Part shown: piece by piece, positions 12,846 through 26,513 of the stretch
Layout of the letters: the number at the start of each line of letters is the position of its first letter
How positions within the stretch are numbered: the first letter of the stretch is position 1
DNA from: Hydrolagus colliei
Lineage: Eukaryota
Direction: 5' to 3'
NCBI GenBank assembly: GCA_035084275.1
Contig: CM068761.1
Coordinates: 5,084,001 to 5,148,000 of the forward strand
DNA length: 64,000 nt
The notes under the pieces: generated by a model
The model's database searches: none
Told to the model about the DNA's origin: nothing
The model's input: only the letters and a program-made list of their open reading frames with translations
Translations under genes and position numbers: made by a program

Positions 12846-13360
12846 TTGGGGGGTGGGGGGGGGGGGGGTGGGGAGGAACAGGAAGAGACAATTGTTACAA
12901 AGAGGACAGATAAAAAAACAAGTAAAATTTTCATTCTATTTTGATTTTCTTCTTAAAAAAAACATATTTTCCTTTAATATTTATTGGTTTTGTTTCTTCC
13001 TTTCTCTCGTGTGCCCAGAATAAATTTTGAAGGTGGGAGTAAATTTATCACGATGTTCAATGGTCCAGTTTTGAACCAACTCCAATTCCAGATATGACAA
13101 GTTGATTAAATCTTATCATATGTACAACTGGTCTTATTTTTAATGCATTTTCAAGCATCAAAATGAAGAAGAGGCTCTGATAGTGAGTTGATTTGAGTTT
13201 ATTCCCAGACACGAAGACCCTGCCAAAAAGCAAATTTAGCCCAATTAATACACTGTTCAAAGCAGCCCCCTTAACCAGGTTATTTCTTGTTAGTAAAGAT
13301 TAATGTGAACCATCTCCTCTTTTGCCCTCACACTTAGGTAAAGTTTCTGAAGTGAAGTGG

Positions 13361-13675
13361 TAATAATATTAATCCTTGCATTTGATATGGTGCTAATAAT
13401 GTTGAGAACATTTCAAAGCACTTCAAAGTTTCTGTGAATATTAGTGACTATTTGTAGGTGAACCCGACAGCCAATTTGCATACAGCAAGAACGCAAACAG
13501 CCATGAAGTGAATGACCAATTTATCCAGAGGATTTTTGGCTGGAACCAGTAAAAACTCCTTTCTCTTTTCATATAGTGCAATAGGATATTTTAAAGTCAA
13601 CATGAATAGGCAGAAGGGATCTTGGTTTAACGAACATTGAAAGGGCAGCACCTCTGATAATGCATCTCCCCACTC
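13361..13675 (-). mobile_element. DeuSINE-type element (Deu domain, SacSINE1/AmnSINE1-like), decayed
   Basis: Minus strand GCATTATCAGAGGTGCTGCCCTTTCAATGTTCGTTAAACCAAGATCCC...AAAATATCCTATTGCACTAT...GGAGTTTTTACTGGTTCCAGCCAA resembles the Deu-domain consensus as I recall it (GGAGGTGCCGTCTTTCGGATGAGACGTTAAACCGAGG...AAAGATCCCATGGCACT). It ends in the same L2-type tail as the main SINE. Confidence 0.65.
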
Positions 13676-15529
13676 TACATAATTCTATGGCACATGCCCC
13701 AAACAGCACTACATCAAACAAAATCCCAGCCAGCCATAATTCTAGCAAATTAATAACCCAAATCTTTTAATAAGGCTCTGTTTCCATCATATTCTTCTTA
13801 TAGCACCACTTGTTTGTGATACTATTTGTTTGTACCAAAACGTGACCTGTATATTCAAGTGAATTAAATGGTGATAATGAGAAGCCAAGAATTTGAGAGC
13901 ACATAACTGTGTTTTTTATAGGACTCAAACAAAATTTGATTTCTGAAGTGAATCTGCCTTTTTCTTCAAGATGATTTCACTAGAAGCTGAATGATGTTTC
14001 ACAATATTTTAGTCATCCCTTAATCATCCCATACAACAGATGTCAAATGCGACAACTCAGGAAGGATATGGATATTGATTTACAGACTTTTCTCACAGAT
14101 ATTCAGACATGTAATATTGAGTAGAAGAAAGAGAGATGGGCAACAAGAGGTTTTAAGGATTTTTACTGAAGGTTTAAAAGTGGTGGTGATGAGGGGGCTG
14201 GGAAGAGAAGAAAGAAAAGGGAAACGTGTTTTTTTTTAAGAAAAAAAATGTTCCGGTGTAATCCTATAAACTGAATGCTAGCTTCACATATTATGCAGAT
14301 CATCGATAAACACTGCAACTGCACAAAAATACAAAGCGAACCAAATAAATTAAAAACCCCACACACTCTGCCCAAACACAATGTACTACTTGACTGGCAC
14401 TTACTCATGGCTACTTTATACCTATCTACACTACCTGCCAATTTACACTTACATAAATTCACATATAAACACCCATTCTCTCACACTTACAAATTAACTT
14501 ACAGTTGCCTGTTCACACTTAGACACAGTCCCAGCCATCTCCACACTTGCTAGGACTTGCCTGTAAACCACAGGGAAAGTGAAATAGGCCAATTTTTAAT
14601 CATTTAAAATACATGAAAAATAAATTTAATCCACAGGACAAACATTTATTTCACATACATGCAATTTTAAATTGAACCCAGTATTGTTTTGGTGGCGGGG
14701 GAGGAGGGGGCAAAGAGAACTTGAGATATTTCAGGCAGAGAGTCATTAACGCAGAAGTAAATTAATTTCCTTAAAGGCTTCTCTTTGAAACCTTTTCCAA
14801 TTTCACTAACCAGTAGAGTCAGCGTCAGCCAGTGGAAGTGGCACATACTTTGCAGAACTGCTACCTTATGATCATTTCATCTAATGATTAAAAAAAGGAG
14901 TTGCATGTTGTGGTAATGAAATAAGATTAACAGCTGCCCATTATTTCACTTGTAGGCACTCAAAAAAAGTGTTACATGACTAACACTTAAAATATAAGGT
15001 ACTTCCAATCTTACCGTGTGCTTGGTACCTTCTCCTTTCTGCTTCCTTTCCACCAGAGCGTAGGAATACTACATAGTAGTATTGGAAGCAAGAAGCAATT
15101 GCAAGCTGAACTCCATATTGTGTGAACATTTCCTCCTACAATTTCGACTTGGAATTATACTTTTCAAAATTCCCATTGCCCAAAAGAATATTAATTCTGA
15201 ATGACTAAGTACATGAAATAAGATCCAGATATAAACTGCTTCAAATTCTTTAATAAGACTGTTTTTTTGCATTTCAAATATAGTTTGAATATACGCGAGC
15301 AGCAAAAGTGAAGGGATGGTGGTGACGGGTAATGTGACAAAATCTGTGACAGGAGAGTATAATTTCCTACTCGACTATAAAGAGTTCATTATATTAGAAG
15401 TTTGATTTTTAATCAAGAAACAAAGGTGCATTGAAACCAATTATATTACAAACAAAAATACAAAAGCAGGAAAATAGTATTTTATTTGAACCACATTTTT
15501 TTCAAACCAGGGCTGTGACCATCTGCGCT

Positions 15530-16270
15530 ATGCATCACATTGAAATTGTCCCGCATTAAAAATTCACCATCAAGTGAATTTTCAAGGGATTTGCAGTAAT
15601 TAGATGACAAAATGCCGGCAAATCTCAGCCGCACTGAAGATGTTACTCTGGGGTCAAAGACTCAACACTTTCAGCTGGGTAATTTGTAAGTGTCAATCAC
15701 GCGCAGCCATCAGAGAACAGATCTAACGGCTGAATTCTAAGTAACTTCACAACATAGCCTTCGGCTAGGCAGGCTGCTTGTGAAATACACGGGTATTTAT
15801 TACAGGGGCCAAATTTGAAACAAGCTACATTTTTTTTTAATGCACATTATTATACTGACATGGCTTTTGAAGCCGACTGCTCATCATCATCATCCAGAGG
15901 TTCAGGTTTGAACCAACTACTACACTTATCCTCTACAATCATCAATATCACCTCAAAAACACGAAAGTAGTAAACACATCTTAATGTTGGTAAACAGACC
16001 CTCGCCCTAAGACCAGGATCATTATCTACATGACAAGAAGCTTACAACATGTTATTTTAAGTGGCTCACTAACACATCTGTTGTTTGGCATGATACTAAG
16101 TTCTCCTACACGGCATCAAATTTGAACACATGTAATTAGCTGCGAAAAGCGAAATAGAGTATTTGTGATAGCGGCACTATTGCTTATCACAAATTAATGA
16201 TGCTCATTTCAAATTGACATCTCCATTAAAAGGGTAACTGCATTTTCCCTTTGCAGGTCAAATGGAACCA
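15530..16270. promoter_or_regulatory. Candidate conserved non-coding element / enhancer cluster
   Basis: Repeat-free, with no credible ORF, retained CpGs, and dense TAAT/ATTA, TGACA/TGTCA and ATCAAA motifs. Conservation is inferred, not measured. Confidence 0.4.
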
Positions 16271-16763
16271 GAATAAACTGACATATCCTAAAGCTACAGT
16301 ACATCAAATGTATTATGCAAAAAAGTCAGAGTGGGTCAAAGACTATGTAAATAATGTTGCAGCACCCTACAGGAAAACAATGCTATCCCATCGCAGTGAT
16401 CATTGTTATATTTTGGCTGCTAAGCAGAGCAACGAATCACTTTGCATGCAGAAACCATATCTTATGGGTAGACTTGATGCAAATGAAAATATTTCAGCTT
16501 TTCACAGACAGTACAAGTATGGATTTGCTAGTATTGTCTGGGATAGGGCTGTGGCAAGTTCAAAGTTAGAACTCTTGCGTAATTTGTTGCGCATTTCTTT
16601 TGTTCCTTAAAAACAATTTAAATGCATTGTTCTTCTCTCTCCGAATCAATATGTCTGCTATTTTCTGATACTTTCTCCACTCCTGATACCCTAGCTCTGC
16701 TTACTCCCTTTCATTACAGTACATTGTTCTATTTCCTATTCTCAAAATGAGAAGCGTTTCTAC

Positions 16764-16800
16764 GTGTGTGTGTGTGTGTGTGTGTGGTGTGTGTGTGTGT
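16764..16800. repeat. (TG)n microsatellite
   Basis: Direct reading; one interruption. Confidence 0.95.
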
Positions 16801-19800
16801 AGGGGTTGAGGGAGAATCATGCATGAAGGATTTGGACTGGAACTAGTGTTTACTGACAATTTTCGCTGCAATGGAAAAAATTTGCACCTCCAGAATCATC
16901 TCCATTTTAACTGAGATTTTTTTTTGCAACCCGAAAGACATTTTTTCCTTTAACCAAAAACAAGATTAATTGATCATCCTCGTTATTGCTGTGTGGCGGG
17001 GTATTTTTTTTGCTGTTGTAGATCAAGTGTTGTCTTTTTCTACTTAACAGTCAATGCAGTGCAAAGTAACTCAGTGTGCAAAGCCCTTTCAAGATAGTTC
17101 TAACTGATAAGGTGCGAAATCAAATGCAATTATTATCTTCATCTTAACTAGTGCTTCGTTAATCCTAAACTTCCTAGTAAACGGTAGAGATTGTGTTTGG
17201 GTCAAACTATATCCATTTTGTTTGCCTTACCAGAATCTGCATGCCAGCTACTCACTACGTTTGCCATGTTTCTAGGCACTTGACATTACTGCACTGAATG
17301 TCTGCCAAAACTCACACAAGAATGGCCCGAGGATGCCACTCCCTTTAATTTACTTCCCAGTGGGGAAGTGCCTGGCCCCCTGTTTGTTATTGCCTCAAAG
17401 CAGACCTGCTGAGATCAGGCACTCAATGGTGTGGGCGATCAAATCTGGGTCAAACCTGGTGCCCTAGCACACCATGCCACCGTGTTACCTTGTGGCAGGG
17501 ATCCTTAGGAGGTACAGGCAATTTCCTGAGTGACAATGGCACACAATGCAAAATAGGTGTGAGTTTTCTGAGTATGGATCCATTCCATCTAAAGGCCGTT
17601 TCGCCTACAAAATATACAAACAATTTTAAAAAAATTTAAACGTGCTAAATAATGATGCTCAGTGGTCAGTACACAAGATACTGTAATAAGATGTACATCG
17701 CAGTAGATACCACATGCAGAATTTGTATTCATTACTGGTGTTGACACTTGCTTAACACAAATAGTGAGCTTTATGCCTGGGTGTAAATAAGCTTCTTTAT
17801 TTAGCAAGTCACTGATGCTTGCGTATGTAAAATTAAGATGTGTTTGAATCAACTTCCGGCATGATTTCACCAGACTGTCCATTTAGTTATACAAGGACAA
17901 GGAAGAATGTCTGTTTTATTGATCACAAGACTTTTTTTTAAAAAAAGGGTAGAGGTATAAAGCAGCAATATATTCAGCAACCCTGTCCTATCAACACACA
18001 GCAAATAATTTCCCTAAAATCCTAGGCATTTGTTTAATACACATTTTCTTCCTTTATTTTAAAATAATTTCTCTTGTTCCCTTACAAATAATGCTATGTC
18101 TCTTGTGCCCATGTCTTTGCTAATGCCATCTCTGAATTTGAACCTGAAAGATGTGCAGAAAAAGATACAAGGCTGTGGATATGTTTTCAGAATCTCCTAA
18201 TGGTATGTGAACATCAGGATACAGGATTAGTTAGAATGAGAAAATGCCACATAGGCCATCAAAGTGCTTGCTTCTAGTGCATTAATTTATTGTAGTGTTG
18301 GGGTGGTGGGAGTGAGTGTTATTTTTAGCGTTCAGGTGAGGCCTTGCAACTTCTTAATCTAAAAGAAGAATATTCTTGTCAGCACACTTACATGTCCCTC
18401 AAAAGATGAACAATTACTCCAAATAACATTGCAACATTTACTCTATTACACTGCATTTTCTCTTTCAAGGATCTTTCGATGCTCTTATGCTTGAAATCAT
18501 TAAGAAGGTTTCAATAGATGGGAGGAGAAAAGGCAGTTTGACTTGTATAATATTCTGTTCCAAAAATACTGCCTTGATTTAATGAGTTTACATCCTGCTT
18601 TTCCCACTATCCATGGCACCTTCCTGGGCCTGTCAGTTGAAGGATCATTTCAATTTTAAAACACAATTGTTTAAGGTACATTTCTATGTATTAACATAAC
18701 TGTTTCAAAGAAACCAACTCAAAAGAAGTTAAGAAATGTTCACAAATTGACAAATTCAAATTATCAACTATAGTCACGCCTTTCAAAATTCAGTAAGCTA
18801 AAATATATTTTCCAGTGGAATGAGCCATGCACTTAGCATTGCAGCTTGTTCAGAATAGCTTAAAATGCAAAATAATTCATGAATTCTCACATCTCTTTTT
18901 TAATTGCCTCACTTTTGTAGGTGTATTTTCACCACTCTTTTTAAATATGCAGATAACCATTTGTCATGAATGAATAATTTCGATGTATTATCTATGAAAA
19001 TTTCAAAAGTATGAACTGAAGCTTGTGAATAACGAACAGTTATTCTATTCAAGTTCAGCCGAGAGTTAAGTGTACATATAGAATCCTTAGAACAAAAATA
19101 AAAATTCAAAGTATGAAGCATGGAAATAGATAGTGCAAGAAAACTAATCTATATATTTAACAAACTTTCCAAAGTATCCCATGTATTTTACAGAACTACA
19201 ATTTTAGGGCCTAAATTGAATCTTGGGCAAAGAAACAAGATGCACTAAATGTATCTAGGATTCTATCCTCCATGAAGGGAGCTAGATAAATGCAAGCTAT
19301 TGTTGTCTTGTTGCAATTTTAGTAAATTTAGAGCAAAACAAAGCATTTAATTAAACAATCTGATTTCTGTTTGTTCTCATCTCAAGTTGCTATGACTATT
19401 CTAAAACCAACCACTAAGACTCATGTAATGTGGGCAGCAGTGAATCACCTACTACTAATTAGCTTTCGAGATCCAAAACTTCACGTGTAGAGAATCACAG
19501 GCATTTACAGGAATTCTACAGCTATGGTGCAGTACTGATTTTTTTGTTCAACTTAAATTTTAATCAATATCTGTTCAATAAAACAAGACATTGAAGTTTA
19601 CACAAAGATTCTGAATGAAATGATTCCGGCTGTGGCCAAGATGGAGATAAACTGACTGGCAATAAAGATGGGAGACGTAGAGAATTTTTTTGTTTTGCTC
19701 ACAGAACATACAGTCAGTTCACTTTACAATATATTCTGTGAAGCAGTTTAAGATACCTCCAAGTCATGACAAGGCACTATTATTATTATTATGAATTTCC

Positions 19801-22800
19801 AAATCGATACAAGTACAGTGCAAGAATAATTATAAAACTTGCTTATAATTTGACTAGAAGCATCACATTTAAGATAAAGAACTGGGCATGAAAAGTTATG
19901 AAATTGCTTTAGTGAGAATAGGGTTATGGCCAGCTGTAATGAATAGCCTACCAACTCTCACCACCACTGCTCACTCATGGTCACAGGGCATGGTCTCAAC
20001 ACTCAGTGAACTTGGTGACTGTAACACTGCACATCAGTAAAAGGAAGAATACATTCAGGAAGAGAACATTTTCATTAAAAAAACGAACAGAAGAAGAAAA
20101 GATCATCCAGTCCATCAAGAATTATCTTAAGTCAACATTAAGCCCAATTTATTCATGCCACCTGTGTGTTAAAATGAATTGCATGTAAATGGGGGTTCCA
20201 AAATGGAATTGTGGGTGATGTACAGGCTTTGTTTTGGGGTTGGCTATAATTGTCTTGATTTTAGAAGTAATTTTCATAATATGTATTTTGCAGCAGCATC
20301 ACCTTATAGAATTAGGAATCATGGTACATTTTGCTATATGTAGATAATCACTGTTCTCCTTTCTCTCTGTTACTGTATCATAAATAGTGCTGCTTCATAT
20401 CAATGCACTTTCATTGCTTAGAATGCAGCCCCAGTGCTCTCTCTCCTCCCCCAGTTTAACAATAGGAAAGTAGTTATGGCAGTTGCCATATCATTGTTTA
20501 TACATTAACAAACATAATGTTACACGTAGAATCAGTATAGAGCACAATGTCATATATACAAGTTTACAACAACTTTAGTACCTTGCATTTTTAATGTTCC
20601 CTGATATCAGTTAAAGAGGACGCAAGATTACAAATGTATTCGAATCAGCACTGATGAAACTTGCTTAATGGGTCGACACTTCCACTGGTGCATCCCAATT
20701 AGAAGGCTTCAGCTATACATTTATTTGAGGATTGCCCAGTACAGTTAAATGGATCTCTTTTAGCACAGAATATTACCGTAGAGCTGCTGGTTTCTACGGA
20801 GGACATTGATGCATTTCTCTGGCATGAGTTTTTGGAAATTTTGCATAATCATCTCCTTAGAACCATCGAGTAATTTGTCAAATTGCTTTGTGCTTCTACA
20901 AAGATTTACTGATTGCGATTTCCTAAAGCTTTGCCAGCATCACCCAGCATGCTTCAAAGTCAGTGCTGACTCCGCACTCCACCCAGATTTAGTGTGGACA
21001 AATCATGCTGGAGTAACAAGGCTACATAATTATTTTATATATAAAAGGTTCTTTTAATGCTTATTTTACATATTTCTAGCTATATTGCAATACATTTATT
21101 TATTTGGCTCAAATAACTTGTCTGCTATCAAATACATGTCCTGTAAGCCTACATTTTAATAGCATATATTTAGATAAGAATTTTTAAAAATTATATATTT
21201 CATAAACTCTAGGCTGCGCTTCAAGAATCTTTTGTCTGGTAGGCTTTGTTCAAGCAGCTCCGTAGATACATGAACTACCAGTATTTTTGACAGGTTACAA
21301 ATAAACCCAGCTAAGTACCCAGAGGGCATGAATCCCGCGAAAAAAAATACACAATTGTGAATGGCAACTGGAAGGATTCAGTAACACATATAGGGATATA
21401 CAAATTCTGTTCTAAACTATGCACTAAGTGTGGGTTTAATCTGGAAGAATAGAGTCAATTATCAGCAGAAGAGTGGATCAGGTTGGATAATGGGACAATA
21501 TTATTGATCTGGAGAAGGAAGAAAGTGGGAAAGAGAGAGACAGAGAGAAAACTGTTCTGGGGAACCCTCCCCACTCTCCCAAGCTGATAGGAGAAAGATT
21601 AACCTTCAACTATAGCACAGAGTGAGAGAGAGAGAGACCACAAAATACCTTATCTAGAACTTTTCAGTTCCAGACAATGTTAAAGGCTTTGACGATGTTC
21701 AAGACAATTATATATGACTGAATTTTCCCAAGGTGCTTAACGTGGGTAAGACCACTGTCAGGCCATTCAAAAAAACCTATAAATGTAATCATGCATCAAG
21801 AGTCGAAAATAAATACTAGTTATAATCTTTTCCAACAATTTTCAGTCTATTTCTTGGATGAAATATTTTCTTTATACAATATGAATGATTAATTTTACTT
21901 TTCAGTACGAAAATGTTTCTAACAATATAGCATTACTATCTAGGATTGGCACAACCTTAGCTGTTTACCGTTTAACACATGACTTAAATTATGACTAAAT
22001 AAAAGACGCAAGGTACAGTTAGCAACTATGATTGGCTACAGGCAGATTTTAAAAAAAAAAAGAATTTTCTATTAAAGTAAAATCATTAGCATTCAAGTAC
22101 AATCTGCAGGTGGCAGATAAAAATTGAAGGGTTAACTTGAAAAGTGCTACACAAATGTAATTTTGTTGTTGGTAACTGATGGTTACATCATTCATAATTT
22201 TACATGTTGGATTTGTTTTATTCTCTGAATGCCTAGAATTCTTAAAAGGTATGTAGGCTACTCTTTTTTGTTAATAATTTTCTATGAATTCCATCTCTCC
22301 ATCAATAACTAGTCCTTTCCTTATACTGTACTCTCCATTTGTTCTCTACTCTCTGATTCGTTGGCTCGTGATTTTGAATTTTCACTTACTCTTGCTGAGA
22401 TTTATATGCGCTATGTAGGGAAGTCCTAGAAGTCTTGAAACAACATGACAGGGACTGGACAGAAGCCAGAGACTGTGATGGGGCAACTGAAAATGGCTGA
22501 AGAGGAAAACACTAAAGAAGATAGACCTATTGTGGTGAGTGAAAGAAATAAGTACCACGGATGTACTCGGAAATACATTTACAATAACTTTGGGTGGATG
22601 GATAATTATGCAAATTCGCATTTAGATAAATCCCTCGTTACAGGTACGGGCTTCATTTTTGTATAAATTATTTATTTTTAAAAAGCTTATTTCAGCCACA
22701 GTTAAAATGAATGTTGAATTCAATGCTTGAAATGTATTCTGATGTTCCAAACCATCCAGTTTCTGTCATCTCCTCTGATTATGTAAATCACTGGGGAAAA

Positions 22801-23835
22801 AAATAAGATCAAGCATATGTTTTTCTAGAGGTGGGTCAAGCTGAGTACTGATGAAAAATCATCATATATATTGGCAGACACGTTCAAGTGCTGAAAGAAA
22901 CGCTGAGACTGAAAGCAGGAGCATGCAGCAAGTGTCCTAACTGTAATGCTGCCAGGTCACTGCTCTTAAACACAAAGCACGTCTTTAAATTACCTTCATC
23001 AACAGATAGAAAAAAAATTCCAGAGTTCTGCTGTAAGCAATCAAACCCATGATACAGAAGCAAAAGGACCTCTGACTAAACAGGGCAAAACCTGCATGAT
23101 AGCACGTTTTAAATATAGATTCACTTCGGAATAGGATTGTGCTGTTATGGTTAATCTCAATAAATATTTAAGTTTCTTTTTGTTTTTTTGGTAAACTTCA
23201 TTTCTAGAAAAAATATTCAGGCTTCTCTCGACTATACCATCAAAAATACAGTAAAATCTAATCCATCTTGAAAGGCAAATTTGTAGCAAAGTCAAATTTG
23301 TTTGATCCTTTCACAGTAAGCAATGGTGCAGACAGTGACGTACTTTCAAGACTGGCTATTTGTATAATACTTCGTCTGCTCAGACCGATCAGATTACAAG
23401 AATATCAGATCTGAAAATCAGAACACACTGATTTGAAGTTCCAACGATTTGGATTTCATCGATTTAATTTAATTTGTTATTAATCAACTGTAAATGATTG
23501 CATCAGGGGTTAATGCTGAATTACGTTGATTACGCATTCTTTCCAAAACAAATTCAGGATATTTTACACTTGACTTGATCATTGACCAAACAGTTCTGGT
23601 AAATGTAATGCGATGCAACAATTTCTTTTAGTACACTGAATAAATGGTAAACTTACATACTCTTAAAATGACTGTTCTAGGCATTTCACTCTGGCTTATA
23701 AACTAGCATCAGTAGCAAAAAAATAATCCCTGCTCTTCTTAAAAGTGATTGTGATTGGTTTCGCAGTGAATATGCCCTATAATTTGATGACAAACATCAC
23801 AAAGTAAAGCAATCCAGATCTAAATGGGTCAAACT

Positions 23836-23913
23836 TTTATTCCCTTCTCCATTCCATGTAACATGCTATTAGCGTATATGTTGAGCTGCTCCTGAAATAA
23901 CATTATGTTTATT
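23836..23913 (-). terminator. Two candidate AATAAA polyadenylation signals of RBM19 (23908-23913 and 23836-23841)
   Basis: tttatt on the plus strand at both sites. The second is followed on the minus strand by a GU-rich tract (TTTGTGATGTTTGT). Confidence 0.5.
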
Positions 23914-23979
23914 CCTTAATGCAGCGAGGACTGTGAAAATACAGTTAAGAGTACTTACTATCAAATGGAGACATAGTGC

Positions 23980-24047
23980 TCAGTCCTCTTGCTCCATATC
24001 TTCCATAATTCCATCTAGGTTCTTTGCTTGCTTCTTTTTCGGAGAAT
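23980..24047 (-). CDS. RBM19: RBM19 last coding exon with TGA stop
   Basis: cacaatag|AT TCT CCG AAA AAG AAG...GAG GAC TGA, translating (D)SPKKKQAKNLDGIMEDMEQED*. Phase matches the previous exon, and it resembles the vertebrate RBM19 PKKK...LDEI...acidic tail. Confidence 0.88.
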
Positions 24048-24827
24048 CTATTGTGAAGAAGCATGGAGAAAGAACAGAGAGAAAAAAATAAGAGAAGATA
24101 TGAATTTGAAGACAATCAATATGCAATAATTAGATTTGATTCCCCCTCCCCCACCACCCACACACATACACACACATTTCTTGAGTCTCATTTGCTCAGC
24201 GGTAATAAATAGGCCATCCATACAATGGAGTGGGAAATTGGATTTGGGGAGTAGTCGTACCAGGATGCCTAGAAATAGAACAGTAAGCAGTAAAGCATGA
24301 ACTGTCTATCATTTACATCATTAACACCAACAATAGAATGCCATGCTCCTGCAGATGAGCAACTGATTAAACCAGCAGCCATTAGTGCTAGGGCGTAGTG
24401 AATACATTTGGATGTTAAAGCGAAGGAAAAGAGCTACGAAGAAAAACATGATGCGAAGGATTTAGCTTTACAGAGGCTTTAGTTACAGAGTTAACAGAGT
24501 TATTCGCAAATCCTACGAAAAAAAACTGGAAGGTTTCCTAAATACACAATCATCACCACCTAGAGTCCCATTATAACAACAAATTAGGTGCAATCACCTA
24601 ATTATGTCATTAGAACTGACATTTGGCATGATCTAGAGTCAGATTACTTTAATTTTTAAATTCAGATAATTCAAAAGCAATTGCTAAACCCAATCTAAAG
24701 ACGTAATATTAAAATAACTAACAGAACAAAGTGGTAAACCCGAAGCTCACAGAAATATTTCACCCCTAAAAAAACAAACAAGAAGAAAAAAAGAAACAAC
24801 ACTTCAAAAGCAATAGGAAGAAATCTA

Positions 24828-24872
24828 GACAACAACTTGCATTTATATAGCACCCTTCACGTAGGGTAGTGG
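24828..24872 (-). repeat. Short L2-like 3' tail remnant. Related copies lie at about 9325-9380, 47133-47188 and 62995-63035.
   Basis: Shared motif ttgcatttatatagcacccttcacgtagggtag in all four places, always in the same orientation. Confidence 0.55.
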
Positions 24873-26211
24873 TGTGGGTAACTTTAGATAAGTATAAATC
24901 AGGAACAAACCTTATTACAAATTGATAATGTATTGCACAAAATGTTGTTCTATTTTTCTTTATTATCTCTTTAAAAACATATATGGATTAAAAAGGAGAC
25001 TCAAATTCACACAATATTGCCTGGAAAGTGAACATGCAAATATAGAAAAGATGAACAATTGATTCATTTACAGTGTTAAGCTTTGCATTTTGGGTCTCAC
25101 TCCTTCCTCCATTCTATTTGATGCCCTGCTGGAAGCTTGTAAAGCAAGCTGCAGTAGGATTCAGTTGTTTTATTGGTTTTAGACTAAACATTGTAGCTCT
25201 CGCATTTTCAAACCACCTTTGAACAATTAGTGTCTGCAGTTACGTAAACGAGACCACAAGGACAATTCCTTGCATGCTTGATAAAGGAACCCCATATCGT
25301 GGCGAGGCAAAATTACAATTTGATAAAATGAATAGATTTTTTTTAAATTCCAAGGTTAAAGGTTCATAATTTTAGGTACATATCTGCATGGTGTATTCCC
25401 ATTTTCAAGGGGAATCCAGAGCCTTGATGAAAGCCAGTGAGTGCCTCATTCAAAACCCAATAAAGCATTTTTAAATTGAGGTGCCAAATTATTGGTCAAG
25501 CACAAGGAACTGAGACATCATTCTGTGGATTAAATCATCTCCACATTTCCATTTTTGAATGAATCGAAAGCCTGAAGACAGAGACCACTTGGGTTCATGG
25601 CAAAAACCACGAGGCATTTGGATGTTAATGAGGTGACAAATCAAGTATTTTAAGAGATGTGAAGGATTCCAACCGCAGAGGAACCGATTTTGAAAAGAAT
25701 CAAATATCCGAGCATATGTCGTCAGCCAAGACATGTTGTTACAATTCTGATGTAAAAACTATTTTAAAGTTAATAATGCGACACAGTAATGTTTACAGAG
25801 AGACATAGCCATTAACATATCAAGGAACTGGAGCTGGAAATAAGAGTTCATGGAGGGGGAAGCAAAACATTAATGAAAGAACCTGTTATTTTCTGGAAAT
25901 ATGTATGTTTAAATATTTGGGACATCATTAATTTAACTACAACAGGCCATTTAGCAGCAAACATTCAGAAGAGAAATAGTGGTGGACCTCATGTTTCCTT
26001 GATGGGCAATATAATTGAAGAAGTTGCCTATTTGTACATTTCCCACTCCATAAGAGGATCAGTCAGAGTTTGAGCTCTAATCACCAAACCTGCTCTCTAG
26101 AACACTCTATTCTAACATTTCCAATATCTCTTCAATCTTTCAAAAATCTCCTTTGTGCTACGGCCTCTAAATTTCTATGAACCTCGGAGATGCACCTTCA
26201 CTCCTTGTGTA

Positions 26212-26513
26212 CTCCCTTATCTCAGGGATTAGAGCACTCGCCTTGCAAGTGAGAGACCTGTGTTCGATTCACCCAACAAGATGAAACCTTGGGTCAGTTT
26301 CCTTACTCCACACTCCTGAAAATAATCCATCAAGAAAAAACCCCAATAATAATTTGGTCACTTCAATGCATGACTGTTTGTGGGACACTGCTGAGTGCAA
26401 TTGACTGCCGCGTTTTTCCCACAAATATACAGTCAATTGATTTTGACTGTGAAGTGCTTCCATGACGTCTAGAAGACGTGAAAAGTGCTAGATCAAAGTC
26501 AAGGATTATTATT
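26212..26513 (+). mobile_element. Near full-length tRNA-derived SINE
   Basis: ctcagggattagagcactcgccttgcaagtgagagacctgtgttcgattc head, shared body and aaggattattatt tail. Confidence 0.88.

Noticed and set aside
12584-13023. 116-aa ORF with an apparent signal peptide and polyproline (MKILLVFLSVLFVTIVSS...PPPPPPPP)
   Set aside because: The hydrophobic start comes from a T-rich tract, the prolines from a poly-G run, and the rest from the SINE-like repeat. The ORF begins at position 12934, which is not an ATG in the sequence.
15015-15305. Possible minus-strand coding exon ending at ACG|GTAAGA (about 15014)
   Set aside because: No recognisable protein similarity, no clear acceptor and no partner exons.
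16251-16610. 119-aa plus-strand ORF following a ttttccctttgcag acceptor
   Set aside because: No domain similarity and no other plus-strand exons to join; more likely chance within the CNE-like block.
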